Of a stretch of DNA of 64,000 nt, positions 7,975 through 17,000 are shown in pieces. The first letter of the stretch is position 1. Each line of letters opens with the position of its first letter. The notes beneath the pieces were generated by a model. It was not told the origin of the DNA, did no database searches, and saw only the letters and a program-made list of their open reading frames with translations. The translations under genes and the position numbers were made by a program. This DNA comes from Candidatus Parcubacteria bacterium (GTDB lineage: Bacteria > Patescibacteriota > Patescibacteriia > 2-12-FULL-60-25): NCBI GenBank assembly GCA_039796615.1, contig JBDKJL010000038.1:78033-142032 (forward strand), given 5' to 3'.

Positions 7975-8664
7975 TTAGAGGTCAAACAACAGAAAATGGG
8001 CGTTTTTTGTTGTGGTTATGGTGAATAACGGCTCCGCGGTGACCCCGCATCCATCCCCTGCCTGAAGGGAAACGCTGTCGATCCCCAGATTCCCTTCGAT
8101 GACCTGAATCCATTGGATACGGCCGGGTTGGGAGGAAAAGACGATCTTGTCGCCCGGGCGTGTGATTCCTCGGTAGAGACGCATCTTTTGGCGCACGACA
8201 ATGCTTTCTGCCCCGCCGTTTTCAGAAGCGATGAGCTGCAGGACGCCGGGTGTAAGGGTGCCGAGCTCTTTTTCTGCATAGCGCGGAGGAAGGCCGCGGG
8301 TATCCGGCTCGATCCAAATTTGGAGCAGATGCACCTCTTCATTTTCCGGGTTGATCTCGCTATGCATCACGCCCGTGCCGGCGCTCATGTATTGGAGATG
8401 GTTCGGACGGATCACCGATCCGTTGCCCATACTATCTTGATGCTCCAATGCTCCGGTGAGCACATACGTAAGAATCTCCATGTCGCGGTGCGGGTGTGGC
8501 CCAAACCCCTTTTTTCCGGCAATCCGATCTTCGTTGATCACGCGCAACGACCCAAACCCCATCCATGCCGGATCATGATAATCCGCAAAGGAAAAGGTGT
8601 GAGCCGTTTTTAGCCAGCCATGATCGGCATGGCCGCGTTCGGCCGCGGGGCGGTGGAGGATCAT
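7975..8664 (-). CDS. Pirin family (bicupin) protein
   Basis: This 229-aa ORF has GFGPHPHRDMEILTYVLTGALEHQDSMGN and MHSE cupin metal-binding motifs typical of pirin/YhhW. Confidence 0.9.
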   Translation of the reverse strand: MILHRPAAERGHADHGWLKTAHTFSFADYHDPAWMGFGSLRVINEDRIAGKKGFGPHPHRDMEILTYVLTGALEHQDSMGNGSVIRPNHLQYMSAGTGVMHSEINPENEEVHLLQIWIEPDTRGLPPRYAEKELGTLTPGVLQLIASENGGAESIVVRQKMRLYRGITRPGDKIVFSSQPGRIQWIQVIEGNLGIDSVSLQAGDGCGVTAEPLFTITTTKNAHFLLFDL

Positions 8665-8676
8665 TGTCCGATTCTG

Positions 8677-9741
8677 CTATTTCTTCCAAATTCCCTTGGC
8701 GGCGCTCCAGGCCAGTTTGGCGAAGAGAACGAGAAGGAGGAAGTACACGAAGTATTGCAACACGAGCAACAGGAGGGTGATGAGGCGCACGGAGAGATCC
8801 TGTGCGATGGTATTTACATCACGCACAAATTCTTTTACAGCCATCTTCCAGGAATCCTTGAGCTGTTCGCCATCCAGGTATTTATTCTCAAAGATGTTTA
8901 CGGAGAACGAGGTGTATTCCACCTGATCCATCTGTTCATTTTTGCCGCGCTCCAATCGATCGAGTTGCGCGTTTACCGTGAGCTGTTCCTGAGTAAGCCG
9001 TTCAATCGTTTGGATTTTACTGTCGATAATTTTGGCCAGGCTCGCGGCATCTTGCGAGGCGGTGGCGAGTGCCGTGATTTGATCGTACGCGCGCGTGGCG
9101 CTATCGAGGGTGCTTGCGATGGTGTCGCGCTTCTTTTTTAAGATGTCGATTTCGCTGGTAAAATCATCCACCGTGCGCTGGATCGTGTGCGTGTTTTCGG
9201 TGAGATCCTTTGGATCCAATCCTTCCAACGTGGCGAGAACACCCTCTGCGCGCGCTTTAACCACTTTGAAGTGGTAGTTGCAATAATGATCGGATTCACT
9301 TGCTACCTCAAAAATAATTTCTTTATCGGCTTTGAGGGCAGACACGGCGCTGCAGGTTTTTTTCAGATCGCGTGTTTCGATGGTGGCGTTGTAATCTGTT
9401 GCTTCAAAATTTTCTGCGCCATCGCCAACAGCTTGCGCGGTATCCATCGGTGATTCTGCCATGATGTTGCGAACGGACAAGCCCGGCATCCCTATTGGTG
9501 CCGTATTACCGATCATTTTGCCGCGCGCAAATAACATATTGCTTCCGTAGGAATCGACGGAAGGCTCACTCATCCCAATGCCGCCCAGCATGCCGCCTCC
9601 TCCCATGCGCAACATCGAATGGAACGGTGTGGCCACGAGCCGAACGCCGATGGCGAGCAGGATAATCACCGCAATCGCTATGCCGAGGATTTTAAGCAGG
9701 GCAAGCGGTTTTGTAGGGATCTTGGAAAAGTCGATGGACAT
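8677..9741 (-). CDS. Membrane-anchored coiled-coil protein, DUF4349-like
   Basis: This 354-aa ORF has an N-terminal TM helix, a central coiled coil (DDFTSEIDILKKKRDTIASTLDSA...QLDRLERGKNE) and a C-terminal TM pair. The layout matches my recollection of DUF4349. Confidence 0.5.
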   Translation of the reverse strand: MSIDFSKIPTKPLALLKILGIAIAVIILLAIGVRLVATPFHSMLRMGGGGMLGGIGMSEPSVDSYGSNMLFARGKMIGNTAPIGMPGLSVRNIMAESPMDTAQAVGDGAENFEATDYNATIETRDLKKTCSAVSALKADKEIIFEVASESDHYCNYHFKVVKARAEGVLATLEGLDPKDLTENTHTIQRTVDDFTSEIDILKKKRDTIASTLDSATRAYDQITALATASQDAASLAKIIDSKIQTIERLTQEQLTVNAQLDRLERGKNEQMDQVEYTSFSVNIFENKYLDGEQLKDSWKMAVKEFVRDVNTIAQDLSVRLITLLLLVLQYFVYFLLLVLFAKLAWSAAKGIWKK

Positions 9742-9771
9742 AGGGAGGGGTTAAGGATTTTTAGAATCTTA

Positions 9772-9943
9772 TCACATAAGCATATGTATAGAGGTATTTT
9801 CTGGCACACACAGGCAGTATCCCTTATTTGTGGGCTGCGAGATTGTTCCGTAGAGGGAGGGGCAGAGAAAACAGCTCTCGCCCACAAATAAGGGATACTG
9901 CCTGTGTGTGCCAGAAAATACCTCTATACATATGCTTATGTGA
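9772..9943. repeat. 172-bp fold-back element, copy 2 (64-bp perfect arms, 44-nt loop)
   Basis: Left arm 9772..9835 is the exact reverse complement of right arm 9880..9943. Loop 9836..9879 is TGCGAGATTGTTCCGTAGAGGGAGGGGCAGAGAAAACAGCTCTC. The outer 8 nt of the right arm contain the last two codons and the TAA stop of the HAD gene (9936..). Confidence 0.9.
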
Positions 9944-10556
9944 GCAGCGCTTCCATATTGCGTATGACGCGCCAGAGCTTGTCATCTTCTGGATGTGGTT
10001 CTGCGTTGAATTGTGGCCACATCATGCGGATGAGGGTGACCCAGGGCGCTTTTTTGTGGACATCCAGGAGTTGCTCGACGGTGTCGTCTACGAAAAAAAT
10101 GGCTCCTTCCCCCATTTGCTGGATCACCTCCCCTTTTGTGCGATCTTTCCATACGTAGTGCGCCTCACGGATGGATGGGCGGAGACTCGTGGCTCCGGCG
10201 ACTTTTGCGCGTTGGATATCGGGGTGTCCGAATGTGAGAATATCGCACGAGCTCGTGCGAGCAAGTTGCGCGATCGTATCAGCGGCACCGGGGAGGAGGA
10301 ATTGATTTCCGTCGGCCATGTAGCCGTAGAATCGTTCGATGTTTTGCGGCATGTCTTCTAATGGCATGCCAAGAAGTTTTAGGTGTCCTTCAAAGGTATA
10401 CCCTTCTCCTGCGCGCGTTTGCGCACGCGCGGCATCCACCTCTTCGGCGGGGTATCCTTGGCCGATCAGTGCGTCTCGAACCAATCCAAAGAGTTGCTCC
10501 GTATCGTAAAGCGTGCGGTCGAAGTCGAAAATCCAGCGGGAAGTGTTGGTATTCAT
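9936..10556 (-). CDS. HAD superfamily hydrolase
   Basis: This 206-aa ORF has N-terminal motif I, WIFDFDRTLYDT (DxDxT), and a later FFVDD motif. Confidence 0.7.
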   Translation of the reverse strand: MNTNTSRWIFDFDRTLYDTEQLFGLVRDALIGQGYPAEEVDAARAQTRAGEGYTFEGHLKLLGMPLEDMPQNIERFYGYMADGNQFLLPGAADTIAQLARTSSCDILTFGHPDIQRAKVAGATSLRPSIREAHYVWKDRTKGEVIQQMGEGAIFFVDDTVEQLLDVHKKAPWVTLIRMMWPQFNAEPHPEDDKLWRVIRNMEALLT

Positions 10557-10580
10557 GGATTTTTATGGTACAAGACCCTC

Positions 10581-11825
10581 ATGACAACGGCAATTATCGG
10601 TGGGGGCGCGGCCGGGCTGATGGCGGCTGCGACGATCTTAGAAGAATCGCCAAGCGCGAGGATTGTTTTGATTGAGAAAAATAATGGATTGGGTAAGAAA
10701 GTGATTATCTCCGGTGGCGGGCGGTGCAACGTAACCACGGGCGTGCGCGATGTAAAAGAGGTGCTCCGTAAATATCCGCGTGGGGAGAAGTTCCTCTCAA
10801 AAGCGATGTATGGATTTTCGCCCGAAGCGGTGTTCGATTGGTTTCAACATCACGGCGTGCCGCTTAAAACAGAAGAAGATTTGCGCGTGTTTCCAAAATC
10901 GAACGACGGCAAAGATGTGGTGGGGGCGTTTGAGCGGCTGTTTCGCGATCCGCGCGTGGATGTGCAGTTGAATGCGCAGGCTACGAGTGTAAAACAGATC
11001 GATGGTGAGTTTGTGATCGCGCTTAAGGGTCGAGACGAAGTGGTGCAGGCCGATCGGCTCATCCTTACCACGGGCGGCCAGGCATATCGCCATACCGGTT
11101 CCACAGGAGATGGATATGCGTTTGCGATGGCGTTTGAGCACTCCATTACTCCCCTTGCGCCCAGCTTGAATGCGTTTTATACCAAAGAAAAATGGCCGAA
11201 AGAGATTTCGGGCTTGTCATTCGTCCGCGCCACCATCACGGCGCATGTTGCCAAGCGGCAATCATTTACTGGTCCGCTTTTGTTTACGCATCGCGGAGTA
11301 ACAGGCCCAGCGGTATTTGCGCTCTCATCATTGATTGCATTTGAGGCGTATGACGCAGCGCATCCTCTCTCTATAACGATCGATCTTTTTCCCGATGTAA
11401 AAACAGAAGATCTGATGCGCCAGCTTACCGAAGCGATCGACGCGCACCCAAAAAAATCCATCGCCAATGTGCTCGACATGCTGTTGCCAAAATCGCTCGT
11501 GCCGATCGTGTGCGGTGAGCTCGGTTTGCTAGGAGATCATCGCGCCAACGATGTGCCGAAAAAAGAACGCAATCGCATCATCGCCTGGCTCAAAGGAATC
11601 CCACTTACGGTGATCGGCCGCGACGCCGGGGATGAATTTGTCACCGCCGGTGGTGTGGAGTTGCTGGAAGTGAATCCTTCTACCATGGAATCACGTCTCT
11701 GCCCCGGATTATTTTTTGCCGGGGAGATTTTGGATGTTGATGGATTTACGGGCGGATATAACTTACAGGCCTCATGGGCAACGGGGAGACTGGCGGGGAG
11801 GAACGCGGTAAAGAAAACAGATTAG
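10581..11825 (+). CDS. FAD-dependent oxidoreductase, HI0933/YhiN (aminoacetone oxidase-like) family
   Basis: I trimmed the ORF track entry (10383..11825) to ATG 10581, giving MTTAIIGGGAAGLMAA (Rossmann GxGxxG). Supporting motifs are ISGGGRCNVT, TGGQAYRHTGSTGDGY and GGYNLQASWATG. The upstream extension overlaps the divergent HAD gene. Confidence 0.85.
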   Translation: MTTAIIGGGAAGLMAAATILEESPSARIVLIEKNNGLGKKVIISGGGRCNVTTGVRDVKEVLRKYPRGEKFLSKAMYGFSPEAVFDWFQHHGVPLKTEEDLRVFPKSNDGKDVVGAFERLFRDPRVDVQLNAQATSVKQIDGEFVIALKGRDEVVQADRLILTTGGQAYRHTGSTGDGYAFAMAFEHSITPLAPSLNAFYTKEKWPKEISGLSFVRATITAHVAKRQSFTGPLLFTHRGVTGPAVFALSSLIAFEAYDAAHPLSITIDLFPDVKTEDLMRQLTEAIDAHPKKSIANVLDMLLPKSLVPIVCGELGLLGDHRANDVPKKERNRIIAWLKGIPLTVIGRDAGDEFVTAGGVELLEVNPSTMESRLCPGLFFAGEILDVDGFTGGYNLQASWATGRLAGRNAVKKTD

Positions 11826-11829
11826 CGGT

Positions 11830-11867
11830 ATAAAATAAAACCACCCATGCTCTCCAGCAATGGGTGG
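11830..11867 (-). terminator. Rho-independent terminator after the SixA-like gene
   Basis: Stem CCACCCAT (11841..11848) pairs with ATGGGTGG (11860..11867). The minus-strand transcript continues with UUUUAUUUUAU. Confidence 0.6.
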
Positions 11868-11924
11868 GGTTGATCGTTGAGGTTTGTTGTTGAGGCCGCC
11901 TCGATGTATCGGGGGGCGGACGTT

Positions 11925-12461
11925 TCAGAGGTTTGGGAGTTCGATTTGGAACCACTCGCATTCGCCGAGGCTGATGTCGAGTATATGATCGTCCTCGCCA
12001 CTCAAGTAGTAGCCAATGCCTACGGCTAGAATGGCGTGCCCAAGGACCGCGACATCCTCGAAATCTTCGGGTTCACTCTCCTGAATTTTTTGGAGGATCA
12101 CGCCGCCTCCCACCGCAGCATATTCGAGTATCGCTTGTTTCGCGGGGGAGTTGAGGTAGTCACGCAATGGTGCGTACTGCAGTGTGGCAAAGGCGAGGTT
12201 CATCGCCTCCGTCCATGCGGGGTTGAGCCCGAAATATAGCTCTTCCTGCACGAACTCGGGAGGGCGCCCGATGGCGATTTCTGTGGTGCGGCAAGCTCGT
12301 GGAGCCGCTGATGCGAGGACGATACGCGGAGAAAATCCATCTGCTCTCCACTGCTTACCGAGTTCTTCGGCTTGCAGGGTTCCTTTGGCAGAAAGCGGAC
12401 GATCTCTGTCGTTTTTGGCCTGTTCTGTGTGCGCATGGCGCCCGATGCGAATTCTTTTCAA
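11925..12461 (-). CDS. Histidine phosphatase family protein, SixA-like (candidate phosphohistidine phosphatase)
   Basis: This 178-aa ORF has N-terminal IRIGRHAHTEQ...RPLSAKGTLQAEELG (RH catalytic dyad) and a VAVLGHAILA second-His motif. Size and layout are those of SixA-type short histidine phosphatases. Confidence 0.7.
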   Translation of the reverse strand: MKRIRIGRHAHTEQAKNDRDRPLSAKGTLQAEELGKQWRADGFSPRIVLASAAPRACRTTEIAIGRPPEFVQEELYFGLNPAWTEAMNLAFATLQYAPLRDYLNSPAKQAILEYAAVGGGVILQKIQESEPEDFEDVAVLGHAILAVGIGYYLSGEDDHILDISLGECEWFQIELPNL

Positions 12462-12503
12462 AGGTGCCTACTTTCTTACTGATCCCGAGATTGGGATGAT
12501 CTA

Positions 12504-12532
12504 ACTATAGCAAAAAATCACTAAAATGTCAA
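12504..12532 (-). promoter_or_regulatory. Sigma-70-type promoter (TTGACA-17-TATAGT)
   Basis: The minus strand reads TTGACATTTTAGTGATTTTTTGCTATAGT, about 40 nt upstream of ATG 12461. Confidence 0.55.
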
Positions 12533-12580
12533 GTTTAAGTGACTTTTTAGCTTAATTGGGCGATTATTCTAAATCAGGGG

Positions 12581-14080
12581 TTAGGCGCGTTTGAGAACGG
12601 TCACGGTTCCCTTATTCGCGTCTACTTCTACAAGATCACCATCTTTAATCACTTTTGTGGCGATTTTTGTGCCGATGATGCAGGGCTTTTTCATTTCGCG
12701 GGCAACGATGGCGGCATGGCAGGTAATTCCTCCCTCGTCGGTAACGAACGCCGCCGCTTTTTGCATGGCGGGGAGATAGTCCGGGCGGGTCATCACGGCA
12801 ACCACGATGTCCCCTTCTTGCACCTTATTGATCTCTTCAACGCTTTCCAAGATGCAGGCGCGGCCTTGAGTAATTCCTTTGCTCGCCACAAAGCCTTTTA
12901 GCGATTGCCCTTCGGCGTGCGAGGTGTTTCCGGTGCCGATGAGGTCGAGTGTTTTAATGAGTGTTTGATCCGTTGTTACGTCGTAGATATCTTTTTCCCA
13001 AAAAATGATGCAGTACTCAATCCGTCGATCCAGTTCGGCGGGATCGATGCGTTCTGCGAGGATGTCGGGGATTTCGGGCGGGAACGCATATTTGAGCTGC
13101 TCAAGTGTGTAATGAGTGCGATTCGCGATCTCCTCCAGCAGAAGACTGAAATAGTGCGTCGCCCAGAACGTTCCTTTTTTTCGTTCATCCTGCCAGGCGT
13201 TCATGTCGTCTGTGATGCGTAAAAGCGTGATGAGCTCTTGCGGAAGCTCGAGCGTATGGATGAGTGCATCTTTTTCAGCGCGATGGGTGGTTGCGAGGGA
13301 TTGAATGGTGGCGATACGTTCATCGATTTTTTCTCCCAACATCTTTTCTAAACGGGCGTCGAAAAACGCCTCATCCAACATGTGGTCTTTAACGTAATTA
13401 TTTTGGATCCAGAAAAAGGAATCCCGATGCGCGCGTATCAGCGCTTGCCGCTGGGATGGATCGGCTTGAACCTGTTTTGCGATCGCAAGGAGCGCGATCT
13501 CTTCCTCTTGTAAAAAGGAGGTGAACACGGGAGCGGTGAGCGTGGCGAAGGATTCTACAAAGGAATGCGCCATCCCGCGTGTTTCCAAGTGCTCTTTGAT
13601 TTTTGAAGCGATCAACGCGTCCGTGCTCAGGGAAAACCCGTCGATGAGCGGTGAGGCGTTGAGCTTTTTTGTGTAAATATCCGCCAACTGTTCGTACGCA
13701 GCACGAAGGTCCGCCGTGCTCCACGCCGCACGGTTTGCCTGGGCGATCGCCGCGCATGCCGTGTAGAATTGTTCTTGCCAGGGCAAGAATGCCTGAACGA
13801 TTTTTTGGCTTACATCCGGATCGTGTGTTGCCGCCTCGATCATTTGTGAGGCCGTGTATGTGAGCTCTTCCAGGCTGTGATACCAATCTGCACGATTTTT
13901 TGAGAATCCAGCATAAGCCAGGCGTTGCCCGAATGGGTATGTGGTGTCTTGGATGCTCGAGATATGGGCATCCCCCAAAAAGAACATGAAGTGCGGGCAC
14001 GCATCAAAGCGTTGCCGGTACCATGTGGCCTTTTCGATCTTCTGCATCCGTTCCTGAATGAGTCCGATATGTTGTTTCAT
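12581..14080 (-). CDS. Single-module protein: unassigned helical domain plus PEP-utilising-enzyme mobile (swivel phosphohistidine) domain
   Basis: This 499-aa ORF ends in GFVASKGITQGRACIL...VVAVMTRPDYLPAMQKAAAFVTDEGGITCHAAIVAREMKKPCIIGT...DGDLVEVDANKGTVTVLKRA. It has no ATP-grasp domain and no TIM barrel. Its ATG lies 3 nt after the stop of the giant gene. Confidence 0.85.
   Translation of the reverse strand: MKQHIGLIQERMQKIEKATWYRQRFDACPHFMFFLGDAHISSIQDTTYPFGQRLAYAGFSKNRADWYHSLEELTYTASQMIEAATHDPDVSQKIVQAFLPWQEQFYTACAAIAQANRAAWSTADLRAAYEQLADIYTKKLNASPLIDGFSLSTDALIASKIKEHLETRGMAHSFVESFATLTAPVFTSFLQEEEIALLAIAKQVQADPSQRQALIRAHRDSFFWIQNNYVKDHMLDEAFFDARLEKMLGEKIDERIATIQSLATTHRAEKDALIHTLELPQELITLLRITDDMNAWQDERKKGTFWATHYFSLLLEEIANRTHYTLEQLKYAFPPEIPDILAERIDPAELDRRIEYCIIFWEKDIYDVTTDQTLIKTLDLIGTGNTSHAEGQSLKGFVASKGITQGRACILESVEEINKVQEGDIVVAVMTRPDYLPAMQKAAAFVTDEGGITCHAAIVAREMKKPCIIGTKIATKVIKDGDLVEVDANKGTVTVLKRA
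12584..12895 (-). repeat. Swivel phosphohistidine domain copy 9 (in the downstream satellite gene)
   Basis: The catalytic His codon of GGITCHAAIV is at 12716..12718. Domain limits are approximate. Confidence 0.8.
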
Positions 14081-14083
14081 AGG

Positions 14084-17000
14084 TTAGGCGCGTTTAAGAA
14101 TGGTAACGGTGCCGGTGTTCGCGTCCACTTCTACCTCATCCCCATCGTGGAGAGCTTGCGTGGCAACTTTGGTTCCTACAAGGCAGGGTTTTTTGAGCTC
14201 GCGGCTCACAATGGCCGCATGAGAGGTGAGACCGCCGGTATCGGTGAGGATGGCGGCGGATTTTTTCATCGCAAAGACGTATTCCGGGGATGTCATGGGC
14301 GCGACCAATATTTCGCCATCTTGGAAGGTTGCTTGTTCGGGATCGAGTAAAATGCGCACCTTGCCCGTGGCTTTACCCGGGCTTGCGATGGTACCGTGAA
14401 AGGAATCCACAAGCGCCTCAAATTTTTCTTGCGCAAAGATTTCCCAATAGTGTTTTGCATCCGCTTCGTGAAAACGCTCCACGCGGTGAACACCATGGAA
14501 CCCTCCATATGAACGTAGAGTGACGCGCTGTTTCTCCCGGATAACACGTGGAATTTCGTCCCAGAACAGGTCGAGAAGGGCGTCGGCATCATTCCCGGTG
14601 CGTCGTGCCGCTTCTTGCAGAAGAAGATATTTGTAATGCAGGCCGATAAAAATATATTTTTTGCGTTCGTCTTGCCACTCAATATTTTTAACAGCCGTTT
14701 CGGCGATATGCTGGATATTCTTATTTAATTTGAATTTTTTGATGCACGCCGTTTTTTTCTTCTGGACGTCTTTAAGACGTGCGGCCGCCGCATCGTCAAA
14801 ATCCTGCGGAATCTCCTTTTTCCGCTCGCGGAAAAATTCTTCGTCTAAGACGCGTACGCCCCCATAGCTATTTTTGAGCCAGTAGTATTTTTTAGCGTGT
14901 GCGGAAATATTTTGTGTTTTGAGGAGCTCGCTCTCCTCTTCTTGGTAGAACGACGCCTCTTCCGGCGCTAACAATACTTCCATGGCTTCTTTGCGTTCTT
15001 TCTCTTGAGGGATGACGTGCGCAAGCTCCGTTTCAAGTAACACATCTGCCCCATAGTTTCCAAGTTCCGGTGGAATAGTGGGTGTCCAGAAGGCGATCAT
15101 CTTTTGATGGTAGTCCGTCCACAGGTCGAGGAACGCGTCATCCGAAAGAGATGTAATGTCGAGTGTATCTATGCGCTGCTGTGTTTTTTCGAGTACCGCA
15201 ATAGCCTCTTTCCATTCTGCATACAACCCTGCACGAAACGGCTCATCAAGCATCTGCGTTTGGAAAACGCGTACGGCCTCTTTTTGCAGAGAAGGAAAGT
15301 CGTTAATCCACACCATACGCTTTTCATGGAACAGCATGAGCCACTCTGGCCAGGGGTATCCGAACCGTTTTTCGAGCATCTCACCACATTCCGTAATAAA
15401 CTCCGACACGAAAAACACGCGTCCCGGCACAGGCCCCCATCGGAATACATTCTTCCCTGCTGGAATACTGACAGGTGTGGAAGATGGATACTCGGTGGAT
15501 GCGCGATGCAGAATTTTGATGATGCCGGTGTTCGCGTCCACCTCCACTTCATCTCCGTTATGGAGCACTTGGGTTGCGATTTTGGTGCCGATGATGCAGG
15601 GCTTCTTCATTTCGCGGCTTACGATGGCCGCGTGGGAGGTGATACCGCCGCTATCGGTAACGAATGCGGCTGCTTTTTGCATGATCGGAACGTAGGCGGG
15701 CGTTGTTTCGGGCGCAACGAGAATCTCGCCTTCTTGAAATGCTTCCATTTCATTTGGCATAAACATCACACGGACAATCCCGGCAACGCGGCCTTTGTTT
15801 GCGATAGATCCCTTAAACGTCGTAATCGCTGTTTCTTGTTTGGGAATAAATTGATCTACAAATGCCTGGAGCTCTGCTCCGGTAACCACAACGATACGGC
15901 CTTGGTGCATAAACGCCCCATGGCCAACTTTTCGTTTTTCAATTTCTGCCGCGTTTGCCTTGATCCCTTGTTGGCACCATTCGATAATTTCTTGGTGCGT
16001 GAGCCAAATAAAATCCTCGTAAGAGATTCCAAGCTTTTTAGACAAATGAGAAAAAAGTGGCCGCGCGGCGTAGCTTACGCGATTCACCGTTTCGGCCGTT
16101 TGTAATCGAAGCCATGCAAATAATCGGGCGACTTCGAGGGCGAAGTGAAGATCCGGGGCGTCGCTTATCGATGCCTTGTGGATTGGCGCGTCTGTGACGG
16201 TATTTATATCTTCGATGAGTCGCTGCGCCGTGTAAGGCGTTCCCCAAAAATGGTGCGTCCCCACCCAGGCGTATGTATCAACTAACTGTTGGAGGCGCTG
16301 ATAGAGCGCGGGATCGTTTGCCTGTAAGCGACCCAACGCTGCGTCGTCCATGTGTTTGTAGCCGTGATTTTCCAAATCCTCCCGGAAGGAAAGAAGCTCC
16401 TGTTTCTGCTCCATGGAAAACGTTTTTCGATCTGGATGCATGTGGCCGGACAGTTCTTCGAGCGCATATCCGTGCTTCCGTGCCGTTTCGGTAATGAAGT
16501 CTTGACCAACATCTCCGATGTAAAAAATCCCGGCCCACGAACCCGTAATCTGGTGGTAGCGGTTAAAGAATTCCCGGAACAATGCGACAGGTTCTTCATC
16601 TGTGAAACGCTCCAGCCTGTCGATGAGTTCCGTGAAGTGATTCAGTGCCTTTTCTGAACGGGCGACATATTCCTGGAAAAAGGAAATATCGTTGATTTTT
16701 AATTTTTCTTTTGTGAGTGCCTTGATCGCGTGGCTACTTTTTGCATCAAAGAATCCGTGCCCGTCGAACGTGAGCACCTCGCCAGTTACCTGGATCCCGA
16801 ACGCTTTTAATGTCTCCCCCTCCCCCCACTGGAACCAGGGCGACCAAGCAAGCGTAGGGCCTTTCCATTGACCCATGTAAACGTAATCCTCTTTACGGAA
16901 AGAGGGGGCGTCTGGAGTATGACGTTTAAGAATTCGAACAATGCCGTTGTTTGCGTCTACCTCCACTTCATCGCCATCCTGCAGTGTATGCGTTGCCGTT

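Noticed and set aside
9678-10361. A mirror-image ORF pair (9678..9887 minus, 9828..10361 plus) both encode PQIRDTACVCQKIPLYICLC. The plus-strand ORF 5751..6092 crosses the other fold-back element in the same way.
   Set aside because: The identical peptides are a direct consequence of translating the two arms of a perfect palindrome. The plus-strand ORF is otherwise antisense to the HAD gene.
10383-10580. The ORF track shows a 66-codon upstream extension of the FAD oxidoreductase ORF (10383..11825).
   Set aside because: The extension overlaps the divergent HAD gene on the other strand and precedes the Rossmann-fold start MTTAIIGGGAAG, where homologues begin.
15156-15695. Plus-strand ORFs recur opposite every swivel domain: 12591..12779, 15156..15695, 16941..17156, 18420..19163, 19755..20018, 20778..21101, 22179..22442 and 24225..24539. 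All contain ...FASTSTSSPS...VPMMQGF..SR.TMAAW(E/Q)VIPPSSV...
   Set aside because: They are antisense shadows of the conserved GG.T.HAAIV..E..KPCIIGT coding sequence on the minus strand. They look conserved only because the sense domain is repeated. They have no independent starts or RBS, and the sense frame has unmistakable PpsA-type motifs.
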